Assembly: GCA_035524335.1 (NCBI GenBank)
Contig: DATKPE010000033.1
Span: 36,157 to 100,156 of the forward strand
Direction: 5' to 3'
Origin: Bacteroidota bacterium
GTDB taxonomy: Bacteria; Bacteroidota; Ignavibacteria; UBA10030; SZUA-254
DNA: 64,000 nucleotides
The number at the start of each line of letters is the position of its first letter. The stretch's first letter is position 1. The notes under the pieces are model-generated. The model worked only from the letters and a program-made list of their open reading frames with translations, searched no databases and was not told the DNA's origin. This document shows positions 9,491 through 19,326 of the stretch, in pieces. The translations under genes were made by a program, and so were the position numbers.

Positions 9491-10591
9491 TTACAGCAGA
9501 CCCTGTGCACGGAAGAAGCCCGCAAGGGCTTCTTTCATTTGCGGCCTGTCGAACCGGACCACCGTCCTTGCAATCGCCGCGGGATCGAACCGGAGCGTCC
9601 CGAACCGGCCGATCGCCTCAATGAGCGATTCCTCCGATTGGCGGGAAAAGAAGAGTCCGTTCACGCCGTCCACCACCGTCTCCAGCGCGCCTCCCCGCCC
9701 GAATGCAATCACCGGCTTTCCGCACGCCATCGCCTCGAGCGGGACGATGCCGAAATCCTCCTCCCCCGGAAAGATGAGCGCCTCGCACTCCCTGTACCGG
9801 CGCACCACTTCCCCGTCCGGAATGCGCCCCGTAAATTCAATGGTCGGACCGGCGATCCTGCGCAGATTGCCCTCTTCCGTACCCCCACCCACGACCACCA
9901 GCCGGTTCCCCAGCAGGTTGCAGGCCCGTACGGCAATATCGATCCGCTTGTAGGGCACAAGCCCCGCAACGACCAGGAAATACCCTTTTCCGGCGGTTGA
10001 AACGGAAAACCGGCGCAGATCAACGGGCGGATAGACGACATCCGCGTCCCGGCGGTAGATCCGGGAGATCCGTTCCCGGACATTCTCCGAGTTGGCGATG
10101 AAGCGGGTGACGCGCGCGGCAGAACCGAGGTCCCAGCGCCGGAAGGGCCCGCGGAGAAGCCGCATCACCATGCCGGCCGGGCTCCATGCCCTCGCGCCGC
10201 CGAAGTAATCGTCGAACTGGTCCCAGATATATCGCATCGGGGTGTGGCAGTAACAGATGTGGGGAACGCCCTCCGGAACGGCGATCCCTTTCGCCACGGC
10301 ATGACTGCTGGAGATCACCAGGTCCGCCGGCGGCAGTTTCATCGTGCGCGTGAGAAGGGGGAACAGGGGGAGATACCGCTGGTACTTCGTGCTTCCCCAC
10401 GGCAGACGCTGGAGCAGAGAGGTCAGAATCGTGCGCGATTCGATGGAGGGGGAACAGCTTCCGGTCCGGTGAACGAGCGTCACGACCGGCGCGGCGGGAA
10501 AAAGCTCGAGGAGCACCTCGAGGACCGCCTCGCCTCCGCGCATGCCGGTGAGCCAGTCGTGAACGATGACAACACGCCGATCGGTCTTCAT
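9491..10591 (-). CDS. glycosyltransferase family 4 (GT1/GT4 fold)
   Basis: 366 aa with the C-terminal GT4 motif EEDFGIVPLEAMACGKPVIAF and an N-terminal VVIVHDWLTGMRGGE region. Confidence 0.8.
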   Translation of the reverse strand: MKTDRRVVIVHDWLTGMRGGEAVLEVLLELFPAAPVVTLVHRTGSCSPSIESRTILTSLLQRLPWGSTKYQRYLPLFPLLTRTMKLPPADLVISSSHAVAKGIAVPEGVPHICYCHTPMRYIWDQFDDYFGGARAWSPAGMVMRLLRGPFRRWDLGSAARVTRFIANSENVRERISRIYRRDADVVYPPVDLRRFSVSTAGKGYFLVVAGLVPYKRIDIAVRACNLLGNRLVVVGGGTEEGNLRRIAGPTIEFTGRIPDGEVVRRYRECEALIFPGEEDFGIVPLEAMACGKPVIAFGRGGALETVVDGVNGLFFSRQSEESLIEAIGRFGTLRFDPAAIARTVVRFDRPQMKEALAGFFRAQGLL

Positions 10592-10721
10592 AGTCAGTCA
10601 ATATACGAAAATGCCTGTATTTTCACGCTTATTCCTGCCGGACCGTTTGCTTTGGATTTCTCCTCTGCCTATATTTGATTCCATGATCCGCATCCCACTC
10701 CTTCCGGCACGGCTTTAGGAC

Positions 10722-11630
10722 ATGTCGCTCCTCCTGGTGCTGGCGATTACCGCATTTCTGTTCCTCGCCACGGTGACGCTCATTCTTCTCCTCATCGGCC
10801 CGACACTTCTTCTCCGGCCGAAGCGCCGGCGGGCCGACTATTACCGCTCTATGGGCGCCCCGGCACACCCGGACGATCTCGGACTCCCCTCCGAATCGCT
10901 CCTGATCGGGACGGACGACGGGCTCACCCTGAACGCATGGCTCATCCCGGGAGCGGAACCGGTCCGGGGTACCATTCTCTACCTGCACGGGGTCGGCGAC
11001 TGCCGGATCGACGGGTTGCGCGCCGCAAAACTTTTCCATGACCACCATTATACCTCCGTCCTCTTCGATTCGAGGCGCCACGGAGAGAGCGGCGGCAGAT
11101 TCTGCACCTACGGGTATTACGAAAAGATCGACGTCATGAGGGTGATCGATCAGGTTCTCAAACGCAGTCCGGGCCCCCGCCCGCAGGTCGGACTCTTTGG
11201 AACATCGATGGGCGCCGCCGTGGCCCTCCAGGCCGCAGCCATCGACCCGCGGATCGCCGCGGTGGCGGCGGAGAACTCCTTCGCAACCCTCCGGTCGATT
11301 TTCGACGATTATCAGAAACGGATGATCAAACTTCCGTTCCATTACCTCAGAAACCTGGTCATCGTCCGCTCCGAATTCCTCGCCGATTTCAAGGCGAGCG
11401 ATGTTTCACCCCTCGACGCCGTTGGACGGATCCGGATCCCCCTGCTCATCGCGTACAGTGAACACGACGTCCGCATCCGGCCCGGGTATTCCCGGCAGAT
11501 CTACGCGGCCGCCCGCGGACCCAAGACGCTTCTTCCGATCGCGAACGCCCAGCACAACAACACGTGGGATTCGGGCGGCGAGAGCTACCACACTGCGATC
11601 CTCGATTTTTTCTCCCGCGCCCTGCAATGA
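10722..11630 (+). CDS. alpha/beta-fold hydrolase with N-terminal membrane anchor
   Basis: N-terminal TM helix. HGVGDCRIDG (oxyanion-hole HGxG-like), nucleophile elbow GTSMGAAVAL (GxSxG), and later D/H residues (SEHDVR..., AQHNN). Its stop overlaps the start of the next gene (ATGA). Confidence 0.7.
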   Translation: MSLLLVLAITAFLFLATVTLILLLIGPTLLLRPKRRRADYYRSMGAPAHPDDLGLPSESLLIGTDDGLTLNAWLIPGAEPVRGTILYLHGVGDCRIDGLRAAKLFHDHHYTSVLFDSRRHGESGGRFCTYGYYEKIDVMRVIDQVLKRSPGPRPQVGLFGTSMGAAVALQAAAIDPRIAAVAAENSFATLRSIFDDYQKRMIKLPFHYLRNLVIVRSEFLADFKASDVSPLDAVGRIRIPLLIAYSEHDVRIRPGYSRQIYAAARGPKTLLPIANAQHNNTWDSGGESYHTAILDFFSRALQ

Positions 11631-13906
11631 AAACCGTCGCCGCCGCCGCGCTCCTCCTGATCCTCTCAACCCCGGGCGCGGCAGGGGAACTCTTCTCCAC
11701 CGCACGGGCGTCTGAAACCGTCCGGCATCTCGCGGTCGACATAGGACCCCGCCCGATGGGATCTCCAGCCGAAGCCGCCGCCCTCCGCTTTGCCGCAGAT
11801 CAGTTCCGCGCGAACGGCTGTGACACCTCCTACATCATGCCGTTCGACTTTACCCACAAGGTCAACACCTCAAGCGGTATCGCGGTCGGCATCAAACGGG
11901 GAACCTCCGGTCGCATCATCGTCATCGGCGGCCACATCGACTCGAGCAGTCCGGAAGCCCCCGGCGCCGACGACGACGCCTCGGGCTCGGCCGTCGTTAT
12001 CGAGTGCTCCCGGGTGCTCGCGTCGTCCGTGCATGCCTCCACGATCGTCTTCTGCTGCTTCGGCGGGGAGGAACAGGATCTCTGCGGCTCCGAGTATTTC
12101 GCCGGACACTTCATCTCCATCGACAGCGTCACCCTCATGCTCCAGACCGACATGGCCAACGGTCTCGGCGTTCTGGACATCGATCCCGACGGCAGAGGCG
12201 GCATGAGCGCCCCTTCGTGGCTTGTTCGCGCTACGGTCGAGGAGTACCGGATCCTCGGCTATACGGCCCTCCGGTATCCGACCCACTTTTTTTCCCTGAA
12301 CTACGCGACCGGCTCCGGGGCCGGTTCTGACCATGAATCCTTCCTGGCCCGCGGGGTTCCCGCTATTGACTTTTCCACCGACATTGCAAGCCCCATCCAT
12401 ACACCGTGCGACAATATCGGAAATTTCGATCCCCGCGGCCTCGGCAGAACGGGCGAGCTCGTCCTCCGTCTCTTCAACCGGTTTGACGGCGGAGTCCCCT
12501 CCCGGTCGCCCGAGCGGTACTGGCTCTGGCTCGCCGGCCCTCTTGTGATCGTCCTTCCTGCCGGCGCACTCACTGCGCTACCCGTGCTAGCATTCCTCAC
12601 GGCTATCGCCGCATTTATCCGCCTCCGCAGGCAGGAACCGCCCGGGACACCCCGGGTGCGCTGGTCGTGTTTCAAGATCTGGCTGAGTTCGCTCATCCTC
12701 CTCAGCGCCGCAGTCTGTTCCGGCGACGTCGTCTCCCTCGTGCGTTCCGTCCGGTTTCCCTGGGTCACGAACGCAGGCGTCTACGTCCTGCTCGGGATCA
12801 GTTCGGCCGCCGTTCTGCTCCCGGTCTGGATTGTTCTTCTGAGGCGACTCCGGATTTCCCGCCGCCCTTCGGGGTATTTTCTGATTTCGGCCATCTCCCT
12901 GATTATCCTCACATTTCTCCTTTCGCTCCTGAACACAAAACTCGGCATCGAACCGGCGGCGGCTCTTCTTCTGCTGTCGCTTGCCGTCCTCGTTCCCTGG
13001 CCGGGGGTCAAAATTTCTCTCGCGCTCCTCGCGCCCGTCTGGCCGTTTCGGCTGGTATTCTCCGAATGGCTGGTCCTGCTCCTCAGGTCGTTCGCCGCAT
13101 CCCCGGTCTCGAACTGGCCGGTCCGGAACACAACGTTCGTCATCCTTCTGAGTCTCCTGAGCCTTCCGTTCCTCACCGGAACCGTCGCACTGGCCCGCCA
13201 GTCGGATCAGGTCGCGCGTGCACTGCGCAGAATGGCTGGTCCGGTCGGGAACCGGTTCGCCCTCGCAGTCATGATCGCCATATACTCCTATCTTCTGTTT
13301 GTGCCGGTTTTCTCCCCACGCTGGGAGCGGGAGGTCAACGTTCGGGCCGCCGTTTCGCTCAATACCGGCGCTTGCGGTCTTTCGCTTGAGGGGAGTGAGT
13401 TTCTGGACGGCATCGGATACCGGACGGGAGATACGGAGGGCGTTGTGTCGGGGCGCTCAACGGTCAGGGACCTGCCGGTCCCAGAGTATTTCGACACAAC
13501 GTGGGTTCACATTGACCGGTCCGACACGCTTTCCCGGAACGGTGACGTCTGCCGGCACGCTGTCACGCTCAGAATGCATTTTCAGTTCAGACCGTACACC
13601 GTGGCGGTCCGTTACAGCGGCACCCTGAATCCCGGCCGGACGCTCCGATCGCCGTGGAAGTACAGCATGGAGAAAGAGAGCACAGCGGTGATGTCGTGGT
13701 ATTCCTTCCCGGATTCCGATCTGACGGTGCCTGTTTCGTGGGAAATGGGGGCGGGCGACAAACTCGTCGAACAGATTCAGGTGACCTTTGACCGGCTCCC
13801 CTGCCGGATCGGCCTGACCCGTCCGGTGACCTATTTCATACCGCGGACGATGTACAGCGGGCGATGGACGTACAGCGGTGATGCGTCGATGGCTTCGGGA
13901 CTATGA
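11627..13906 (+). CDS. M28-family zinc peptidase domain fused to a C-terminal polytopic membrane region
   Basis: Signal peptide MKTVAAAALLLILSTPGAAG. M28 metal-binding motifs GGHIDSSSP...DDDASGSAVVIE...GGEEQDLCGSEY. Residues ~300-540 are multiple hydrophobic helices. Start chosen at the internal ATG that overlaps the upstream stop; the track ORF begins earlier at 11564. Confidence 0.7.
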   Translation: MKTVAAAALLLILSTPGAAGELFSTARASETVRHLAVDIGPRPMGSPAEAAALRFAADQFRANGCDTSYIMPFDFTHKVNTSSGIAVGIKRGTSGRIIVIGGHIDSSSPEAPGADDDASGSAVVIECSRVLASSVHASTIVFCCFGGEEQDLCGSEYFAGHFISIDSVTLMLQTDMANGLGVLDIDPDGRGGMSAPSWLVRATVEEYRILGYTALRYPTHFFSLNYATGSGAGSDHESFLARGVPAIDFSTDIASPIHTPCDNIGNFDPRGLGRTGELVLRLFNRFDGGVPSRSPERYWLWLAGPLVIVLPAGALTALPVLAFLTAIAAFIRLRRQEPPGTPRVRWSCFKIWLSSLILLSAAVCSGDVVSLVRSVRFPWVTNAGVYVLLGISSAAVLLPVWIVLLRRLRISRRPSGYFLISAISLIILTFLLSLLNTKLGIEPAAALLLLSLAVLVPWPGVKISLALLAPVWPFRLVFSEWLVLLLRSFAASPVSNWPVRNTTFVILLSLLSLPFLTGTVALARQSDQVARALRRMAGPVGNRFALAVMIAIYSYLLFVPVFSPRWEREVNVRAAVSLNTGACGLSLEGSEFLDGIGYRTGDTEGVVSGRSTVRDLPVPEYFDTTWVHIDRSDTLSRNGDVCRHAVTLRMHFQFRPYTVAVRYSGTLNPGRTLRSPWKYSMEKESTAVMSWYSFPDSDLTVPVSWEMGAGDKLVEQIQVTFDRLPCRIGLTRPVTYFIPRTMYSGRWTYSGDASMASGL

Positions 13907-14881
13907 TGTGATCCCGGAGCGGAGAATCGCGAGGAGTTCCGTCATATCGGCGGGAAGGGCGGAATCGAACCGTTTCCGTTCCCCGGTCACCGGGTGGATA
14001 AAACCGAGCGTTTTTGCATGGAGGGCCTGCCTCCCGATGATGGTGAGAAGCCGCTGGACGAAATCCCGGCGTGACGGCGTCGTCGGTCCCCAGGCGATTC
14101 TTCTTCCCCCGTAGATCGGATCCCCGAAGACCGGATGTCCGATATGGTGGAGATGCACGCGGATCTGGTGAGTCCGGCCGGTGAGGAGCTTAAGGGAGAG
14201 AAGCGAGAGAAATCCGAACTCTTCAACGACGCGATAGGTCGTCACCGCCGGTTTTCCCTCGGAGCGGACGGCGATTTTCTTCCTGTCGGATGCACTGCGC
14301 CCGAGGGCTGCCTCGATGACGCCTGATTTCTTACCGTCGAACGTTCCCCAGACGACCGCCTGATATTCGCGTTCGGTTTCTCTCCGGGAAAACTGGCCGG
14401 CGAGATGCGCGTGAACCGTGTCGTTCTTGGCGATCAGGAGAAGACCGCTGGTATCCTTGTCGAGCCGGTGTACGATGCCGGGGCGCGTGCGGTCATTGAC
14501 GGCGGAAAGGCCCGCTCCCGCGTGATGGAGGAGGGCATTGACCAGGGTCCCGGTATAATGTCCGAACGCCGGATGGGTCACCATCCCCGCCGGCTTGTTG
14601 ACGACCAGGAGAGCATCATCTTCGTAGACGATTTCGAGGGGGATGTTTTCCGGTTCCACGTCCGGGGGAGGCGGTTTGGGAATTGTGATATCGATCGATT
14701 CCCCGCCGGACACCCTGTAGCTCACCTTCGCTTCACTTCCGCCAATCCGGACGAGTCCCGCGCGAATGGCCTTCTGGACCTTTGCTCTGGTGGCGTTCTC
14801 GATGTGGCGGGTGAGATAGACGTCGAGCCGTTCGGGTGACTGTCCCGGCGGCACGTCGATGTGGATTTCCCGGGAGGGCAT
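13901..14881 (-). CDS. rluD: RluA-family 23S rRNA pseudouridine synthase (RluD-like) with N-terminal S4 domain
   Basis: S4-like N-terminus (RLDVYLTRHIENATRAKVQKAIRAGLVRIGG) and catalytic motif HRLDKDTSGLLLIAKN. Confidence 0.85.
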   Translation of the reverse strand: MPSREIHIDVPPGQSPERLDVYLTRHIENATRAKVQKAIRAGLVRIGGSEAKVSYRVSGGESIDITIPKPPPPDVEPENIPLEIVYEDDALLVVNKPAGMVTHPAFGHYTGTLVNALLHHAGAGLSAVNDRTRPGIVHRLDKDTSGLLLIAKNDTVHAHLAGQFSRRETEREYQAVVWGTFDGKKSGVIEAALGRSASDRKKIAVRSEGKPAVTTYRVVEEFGFLSLLSLKLLTGRTHQIRVHLHHIGHPVFGDPIYGGRRIAWGPTTPSRRDFVQRLLTIIGRQALHAKTLGFIHPVTGERKRFDSALPADMTELLAILRSGITS

Positions 14882-14886
14882 CCTCT

Positions 14887-15507
14887 TCAGGTCAGGGTGG
14901 AATCGGGGTTGCCGAGATCGGCTTCGGACACGGGTACCGGATCGGGCGTCCCGCTCCCGGGGGAAGTTCCGGTCTCAGCCGTGCGGCGGTGGGAAAAGAT
15001 CATGAGGATCACGCCGCAGGTGACCGAGGCGTCGGCGAGGTTGAAGACCGGGAAGCGGGAGAGATGATAGCCGAAAAAATTCAGCGTAAAAAAATCGGCA
15101 TCGATGAAATCGACGACTCTCCCGTAAAACAGCGGACCTTCGTGGAACAGGAGTCCGTAGAAGACGCGGTCGATGAGGTTGCCGATTGCGCCGCCGAGGA
15201 TCATGGCGAGGGAAATGCGGAAGGCAAGGTTTTCATGCCGCGCCTTGTACATGTAGAAAAGGATCCCGAGGCTTGCGAGGATGGAAAAGAGCGAAAAGAA
15301 GATCTTTCCACCGATGTCGATCCCGAACGCCATCCCGGGATTTTCGATGTAGGTCAGGCGGAGGATATTGCCGAAAATCGGCCGGCTCGAACCGATGGGA
15401 ACCCCGGCGAACCGGAGCCCGATCGCTGGTATCTGAATCCCCTTGATCCAGAGTTTCGTCAGCTGGTCGGCCAGAACGATGAATATGCTGAGGTTGAGAA
15501 CCTTCAC
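14887..15507 (-). CDS. lspA: lipoprotein signal peptidase (signal peptidase II)
   Basis: 206 aa, 4 TM, with LspA motifs IENPGMAFGID and FNLADASV. Directly downstream of ileS/dksA-like on the same strand, the conserved ileS-lspA linkage. Confidence 0.85.
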   Translation of the reverse strand: MKVLNLSIFIVLADQLTKLWIKGIQIPAIGLRFAGVPIGSSRPIFGNILRLTYIENPGMAFGIDIGGKIFFSLFSILASLGILFYMYKARHENLAFRISLAMILGGAIGNLIDRVFYGLLFHEGPLFYGRVVDFIDADFFTLNFFGYHLSRFPVFNLADASVTCGVILMIFSHRRTAETGTSPGSGTPDPVPVSEADLGNPDSTLT

Positions 15508-15518
15508 GCCGCTCTCCG

Positions 15519-16046
15519 CTATTTCCCCGACCGGAGCTTACACTGCAGACACTGCTGGGCGTGCGGAACCGCTTCAAGCCGCTCCTTCTCGATGAGCTTG
15601 CCGCAGTTGGTACACCGGCCGTACTCCCCTTTTTCGATGCGGGAGAGGGCGTCCTCGAGATAATTCAGAAATTTTCCCTCCCTCGAGGCGAAAAGAAAGG
15701 TTTTCTCGCGTTCCATCGCGTCGGTCCCCTGCTCCATATGCGTAGAGTACATGGAATTCTCGCTCGCATACTCCCCCGTCGCGGCATCCATCATGCTGTC
15801 GCGGAGCGTCTCCAGCTCTTCCAGAATCTCCTTTTTCTTTTCGATGATGATCTGTTTGAAATGCTGGAGATCATGGGCTGAGTAAACGGCCCGCTTCACG
15901 GGGGCCTTGGATTCATCGGTTTTCGCCAGTCGCGGCTTCACCTTGACCCTGGTTTTCGCTCCGGCCGGGGCGGGCTTCTCCATCTTCGCCTTCGGCTTTG
16001 TGCCTGATTTCGCCGTCACAGGAGCGGGTTTCTTTGCTTTTGCCAT
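15519..16046 (-). CDS. DksA/TraR-family C4 zinc-finger protein with Lys/Ala/Pro-rich basic N-terminal extension
   Basis: C-terminal CTNCGKLIEKERLEAVPHAQQCLQC (Cx2C-X17-Cx2C) preceded by a DksA-like coiled-coil. N-terminal ~58 aa are MAKAKKPAPVTAKSGTKPKAKMEKPAPAGAKTRVKVKP... Start placed at ATG 16046 with AAGGAA 7 nt upstream; the track ORF extends to 16265 through non-protein-like sequence. Confidence 0.7.
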   Translation of the reverse strand: MAKAKKPAPVTAKSGTKPKAKMEKPAPAGAKTRVKVKPRLAKTDESKAPVKRAVYSAHDLQHFKQIIIEKKKEILEELETLRDSMMDAATGEYASENSMYSTHMEQGTDAMEREKTFLFASREGKFLNYLEDALSRIEKGEYGRCTNCGKLIEKERLEAVPHAQQCLQCKLRSGK

Positions 16047-16104
16047 AGGTTCCTTCTTTCTGACAGTGAAGAAATATATTGACTGGTTCAGCCGTTGACG
16101 CAAT

Positions 16105-19100
16105 TCATGATTGGGCGACCACCCGCTCGATGCGGAGGCGGCACGATTCGCCGTTGACGTCGATCTCCTCCCCGGCCACTCCGGCGTCCGGGTGAATGTC
16201 GATCGCAAGCGTTTCATTTTTGATGTACGGAGCGAGCGCTGTGACAGCGCCGACCAGCCTCTCACTGCCGGTGAAGGCGATGCGGATCCGGTCGGTCACC
16301 TCGAATCCCGAATCCTTCCGGAGATTCTGCACCCTGTTGACGAATTCCCGGGCGAAACCCTCGTTCAGAAGCTCCTCATTCAGCTCCGTATCGAGGGCGA
16401 CGGTGAGACCGTTCGCCGATTCCGCCACCCAGCCCTTGACGTTCTCATGCAGGATCTCGACGTCGTCGCGCGTCACCGTGATTTCAATCCCGTTGATCGG
16501 CACCAGGATCTCACCCTGTTTTTCCAGCGCGGCGATCTCGGCCTGACCGAACGTCCTGATGGCGGCGGCCACCGGCTGGACCACTTTTCCGTGCTTTGGA
16601 CCGAGCGACTTAAAATTAGGTTTAATAGTCTTATGCACGATCCGGGAATCGTCCTGCACGTACTCGATCGCCTTCACGTTGATCTCTTCGAGGATGATCT
16701 CCTCCATGCGCGCAATGCTCTGCCGGTGCCTGTCGCCCGTCACCGGAATGATCACCCGCCGGAGCGGCTGACGCACCTTGAGATTCACCCTGTTCCGGAT
16801 CGCCCGCACCAGCGAGACGATCTGTTCCGCCTGCGCCATTCTTGCCTCGAGCTCAGGATCAAGCGCCTCTGTTTCGACCTCCGGAATGAATGCCAGATGC
16901 ACCGATTCGGCGGCTTCCTTCTTCGTGACCCCGCTCAGATTGCGGTACAGCTCCTCGGCGAGGAACGGCGCAAACGGGGCGATCAGCTTTGCGATCACCA
17001 TCAGACAGTCGTAAAGGGTCTGGTAGGCGCACAGCTTGTCGGGCCCCATCTCGCTCTTCCAGAAGCGCCGCCGGTTCCGGCGGACGTACCAGTTCGAGAG
17101 CTGATCGATGGTGAAGTCGCTCACCGCCCGGGCGGCCCGCGTCACATCGTACTCATCCATCGCCGTCCGGTAGTTCTTCACGAGAGTGTTCGCCGCCGAG
17201 AGAATCCAGCGGTCGATTTCGGGACGTTCGGCGACCGGGATCCGCCCCTTCGCGTAGGTGAACCGGTCGATGTTGGCGTACAGCGAGAAGAACGAATAGG
17301 TGTTCAGGAGCGTGCCGAAAAATTTCCTCTGGACCTCGACCAGACCCTGTTCATCGAACAGCGTCGGCCTCCAGGGCGGGCTCGTCGCCACGAGATACCA
17401 CCGGAGCGTATCGGCGCCGTATTTCTCGATGATCGCGAAGGGATCGACCGTGTTTCCCTTCGTCTTGGACATCTTCATCCCTTCCTTGTCCAGGATCAGT
17501 TCGTTCACGATCACGTTCCGGAACGCCGGTCTGTTGAAGAGGAAGGAGCTGATGGCATGAAGCGAATAAAACCAACCGCGCGTCTGATCGATTCCTTCGC
17601 AGATGTAATCCGCCGGATGCCGCTCCCCGAAGAGGTCGCTGTTCTCGAACGGATAGTGCCACTGCGCAAACTGCATCGCACCCGAATCATACCAGACATC
17701 GATCAGTTCCGGCGTTCTCCGCATCTCCCCTCCGCACGAACAGTCGAAGGTCACTTCATCGACATACGGCTTGTGGAGATCGACCGGTTCGGCGAAATGT
17801 TTGCCCGCCTTGAGTTCCTCAATACTGCCGATGCACTTGTGCCCGCCACAGCTGCCGCAGACCCAGATCGGCAGGGGCGTGCCCCAGAAACGATCGCGCG
17901 ACAGGGACCAATCCTTGTTCTCCTCGAGCCAGTTACCGAACCGGCCCACCCCGACCTCGGGCGGATACCAGTTGATCGCCGTATTCAGTTCCACCATCCG
18001 GCGGGCATACTTTGTGGTCGCGATGTACCACGATTCACGCGCATAATAGAGGAGCGGAGTCTTGCACCGCCAGCAGTGCGGATAGCTGTGGGTGATCGTC
18101 TCCTTCTTGTAGAGGATTCCGCGTTCGCGGAGATTCCAGATGATCTCCGCGTCGGCCTCCTTGACGAATTTCCCCGCAAAGTCGCTCACGGCGGACTCGA
18201 ACTCGCCGCTGGTATTCACCGGGTGAATCGTCGGCAGGCCGAATTTGCGCGATACCTGATAGTCGTCCTCACCGTAGGCCGGAGCGATATGGACAATGCC
18301 CGTGCCGTCCTCGGTGGTGACAAAATCGGCGGTGACGACATAGAACGCTTTCTCCCGCACCGCGTGATAGTTGAAGATCCGTTCGTATTCCCTGCCTGCC
18401 AGCGTTCCGCCCTTGAACCGTTCCAGCACGGTATACTCTCCCTCGAGGACGCCGAGACGGGCTTCGGCGAGTATCCAGGTCTCGCCGCGGTAGGAAACGC
18501 GGACATAGTCGATCTGCGGATGAACCGCCAGGGCGACGTTGGATATGAGTGTCCATGGCGTCGTAGTCCAGACGAGGAAAAAGGTCTGCTCTTCTCCGCG
18601 GACCTTCATCTTGACATAGACGCTCGGGTCCTTGACATCCTCATACCCCTGGGAGACCTCATGGGATGACAGCGGCGTTTCACAGCGGGGACAGTAGGGT
18701 TGAACCTTGAATCCCTTGTAGATCAGATCGGCGTCGTAGTACTGTTTGAGGGACCACCAGACCGATTCGATATACCTGTTCTCGAAGGTGATGTAGGGAT
18801 CGGAGAGATCGACCCAGTAGCCCATCCGCTGGGTCATCGATTCCCACTCGGTCTTATACTTCCAGACCGATTTCCGGCATTCCTCATTGAATTTCGCGAC
18901 ACCGAATTTCACGATGTCGTCCTTGTGACGGAAGCCGAGGGCTTTTTCGACCTCGATCTCGACCGGGAGCCCGTGAGTGTCCCATCCCGCCTTCCGGTGA
19001 ACCTGATAGCCGCGCATCGTCTTGTAGCGGCAGATCAGGTCCTTGAGGGTCCGGCTCATGACATGGTGGATGCCCGGGCGGCCGTTGGCGGTCGGAGGTC

Positions 19101-19236
19101 CTTCGAAGAAGGTAAAGCCTTCGCCCCCTTCGCGGCCCGACACGCTTTTTTCAAATATTTTCTGTTTCCGCCAGAATTCGAGGGTCCGTTTCTCGAGACC
19201 GGCGTACTGGAGTTTATCGGATAATTCTTTGAACAC
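16105..19236 (-). CDS. ileS: isoleucyl-tRNA synthetase (type 2)
   Basis: 1043 aa with class I motifs PPTANGRPGIHHVMSRT (HIGH-type) and KMSKTKGN (KMSKS). Editing and anticodon-binding regions are collinear with IleS. Confidence 0.95.
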   Translation of the reverse strand: MFKELSDKLQYAGLEKRTLEFWRKQKIFEKSVSGREGGEGFTFFEGPPTANGRPGIHHVMSRTLKDLICRYKTMRGYQVHRKAGWDTHGLPVEIEVEKALGFRHKDDIVKFGVAKFNEECRKSVWKYKTEWESMTQRMGYWVDLSDPYITFENRYIESVWWSLKQYYDADLIYKGFKVQPYCPRCETPLSSHEVSQGYEDVKDPSVYVKMKVRGEEQTFFLVWTTTPWTLISNVALAVHPQIDYVRVSYRGETWILAEARLGVLEGEYTVLERFKGGTLAGREYERIFNYHAVREKAFYVVTADFVTTEDGTGIVHIAPAYGEDDYQVSRKFGLPTIHPVNTSGEFESAVSDFAGKFVKEADAEIIWNLRERGILYKKETITHSYPHCWRCKTPLLYYARESWYIATTKYARRMVELNTAINWYPPEVGVGRFGNWLEENKDWSLSRDRFWGTPLPIWVCGSCGGHKCIGSIEELKAGKHFAEPVDLHKPYVDEVTFDCSCGGEMRRTPELIDVWYDSGAMQFAQWHYPFENSDLFGERHPADYICEGIDQTRGWFYSLHAISSFLFNRPAFRNVIVNELILDKEGMKMSKTKGNTVDPFAIIEKYGADTLRWYLVATSPPWRPTLFDEQGLVEVQRKFFGTLLNTYSFFSLYANIDRFTYAKGRIPVAERPEIDRWILSAANTLVKNYRTAMDEYDVTRAARAVSDFTIDQLSNWYVRRNRRRFWKSEMGPDKLCAYQTLYDCLMVIAKLIAPFAPFLAEELYRNLSGVTKKEAAESVHLAFIPEVETEALDPELEARMAQAEQIVSLVRAIRNRVNLKVRQPLRRVIIPVTGDRHRQSIARMEEIILEEINVKAIEYVQDDSRIVHKTIKPNFKSLGPKHGKVVQPVAAAIRTFGQAEIAALEKQGEILVPINGIEITVTRDDVEILHENVKGWVAESANGLTVALDTELNEELLNEGFAREFVNRVQNLRKDSGFEVTDRIRIAFTGSERLVGAVTALAPYIKNETLAIDIHPDAGVAGEEIDVNGESCRLRIERVVAQS

Positions 19237-19326
19237 AGGATGAATATTCAGTTAAACATGGGCCGCCGGATGCCGGAGCAGTCGGCAGGTCTGCATGATC
19301 GTTGAAAGGGATACAATATACATGAA

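Noticed and set aside
16111-18669. 852-aa plus-strand ORF opposite ileS
   Set aside because: ileS is unambiguous (HIGH and KMSKS motifs). The antisense frame is R/D/P-rich and motif-free.
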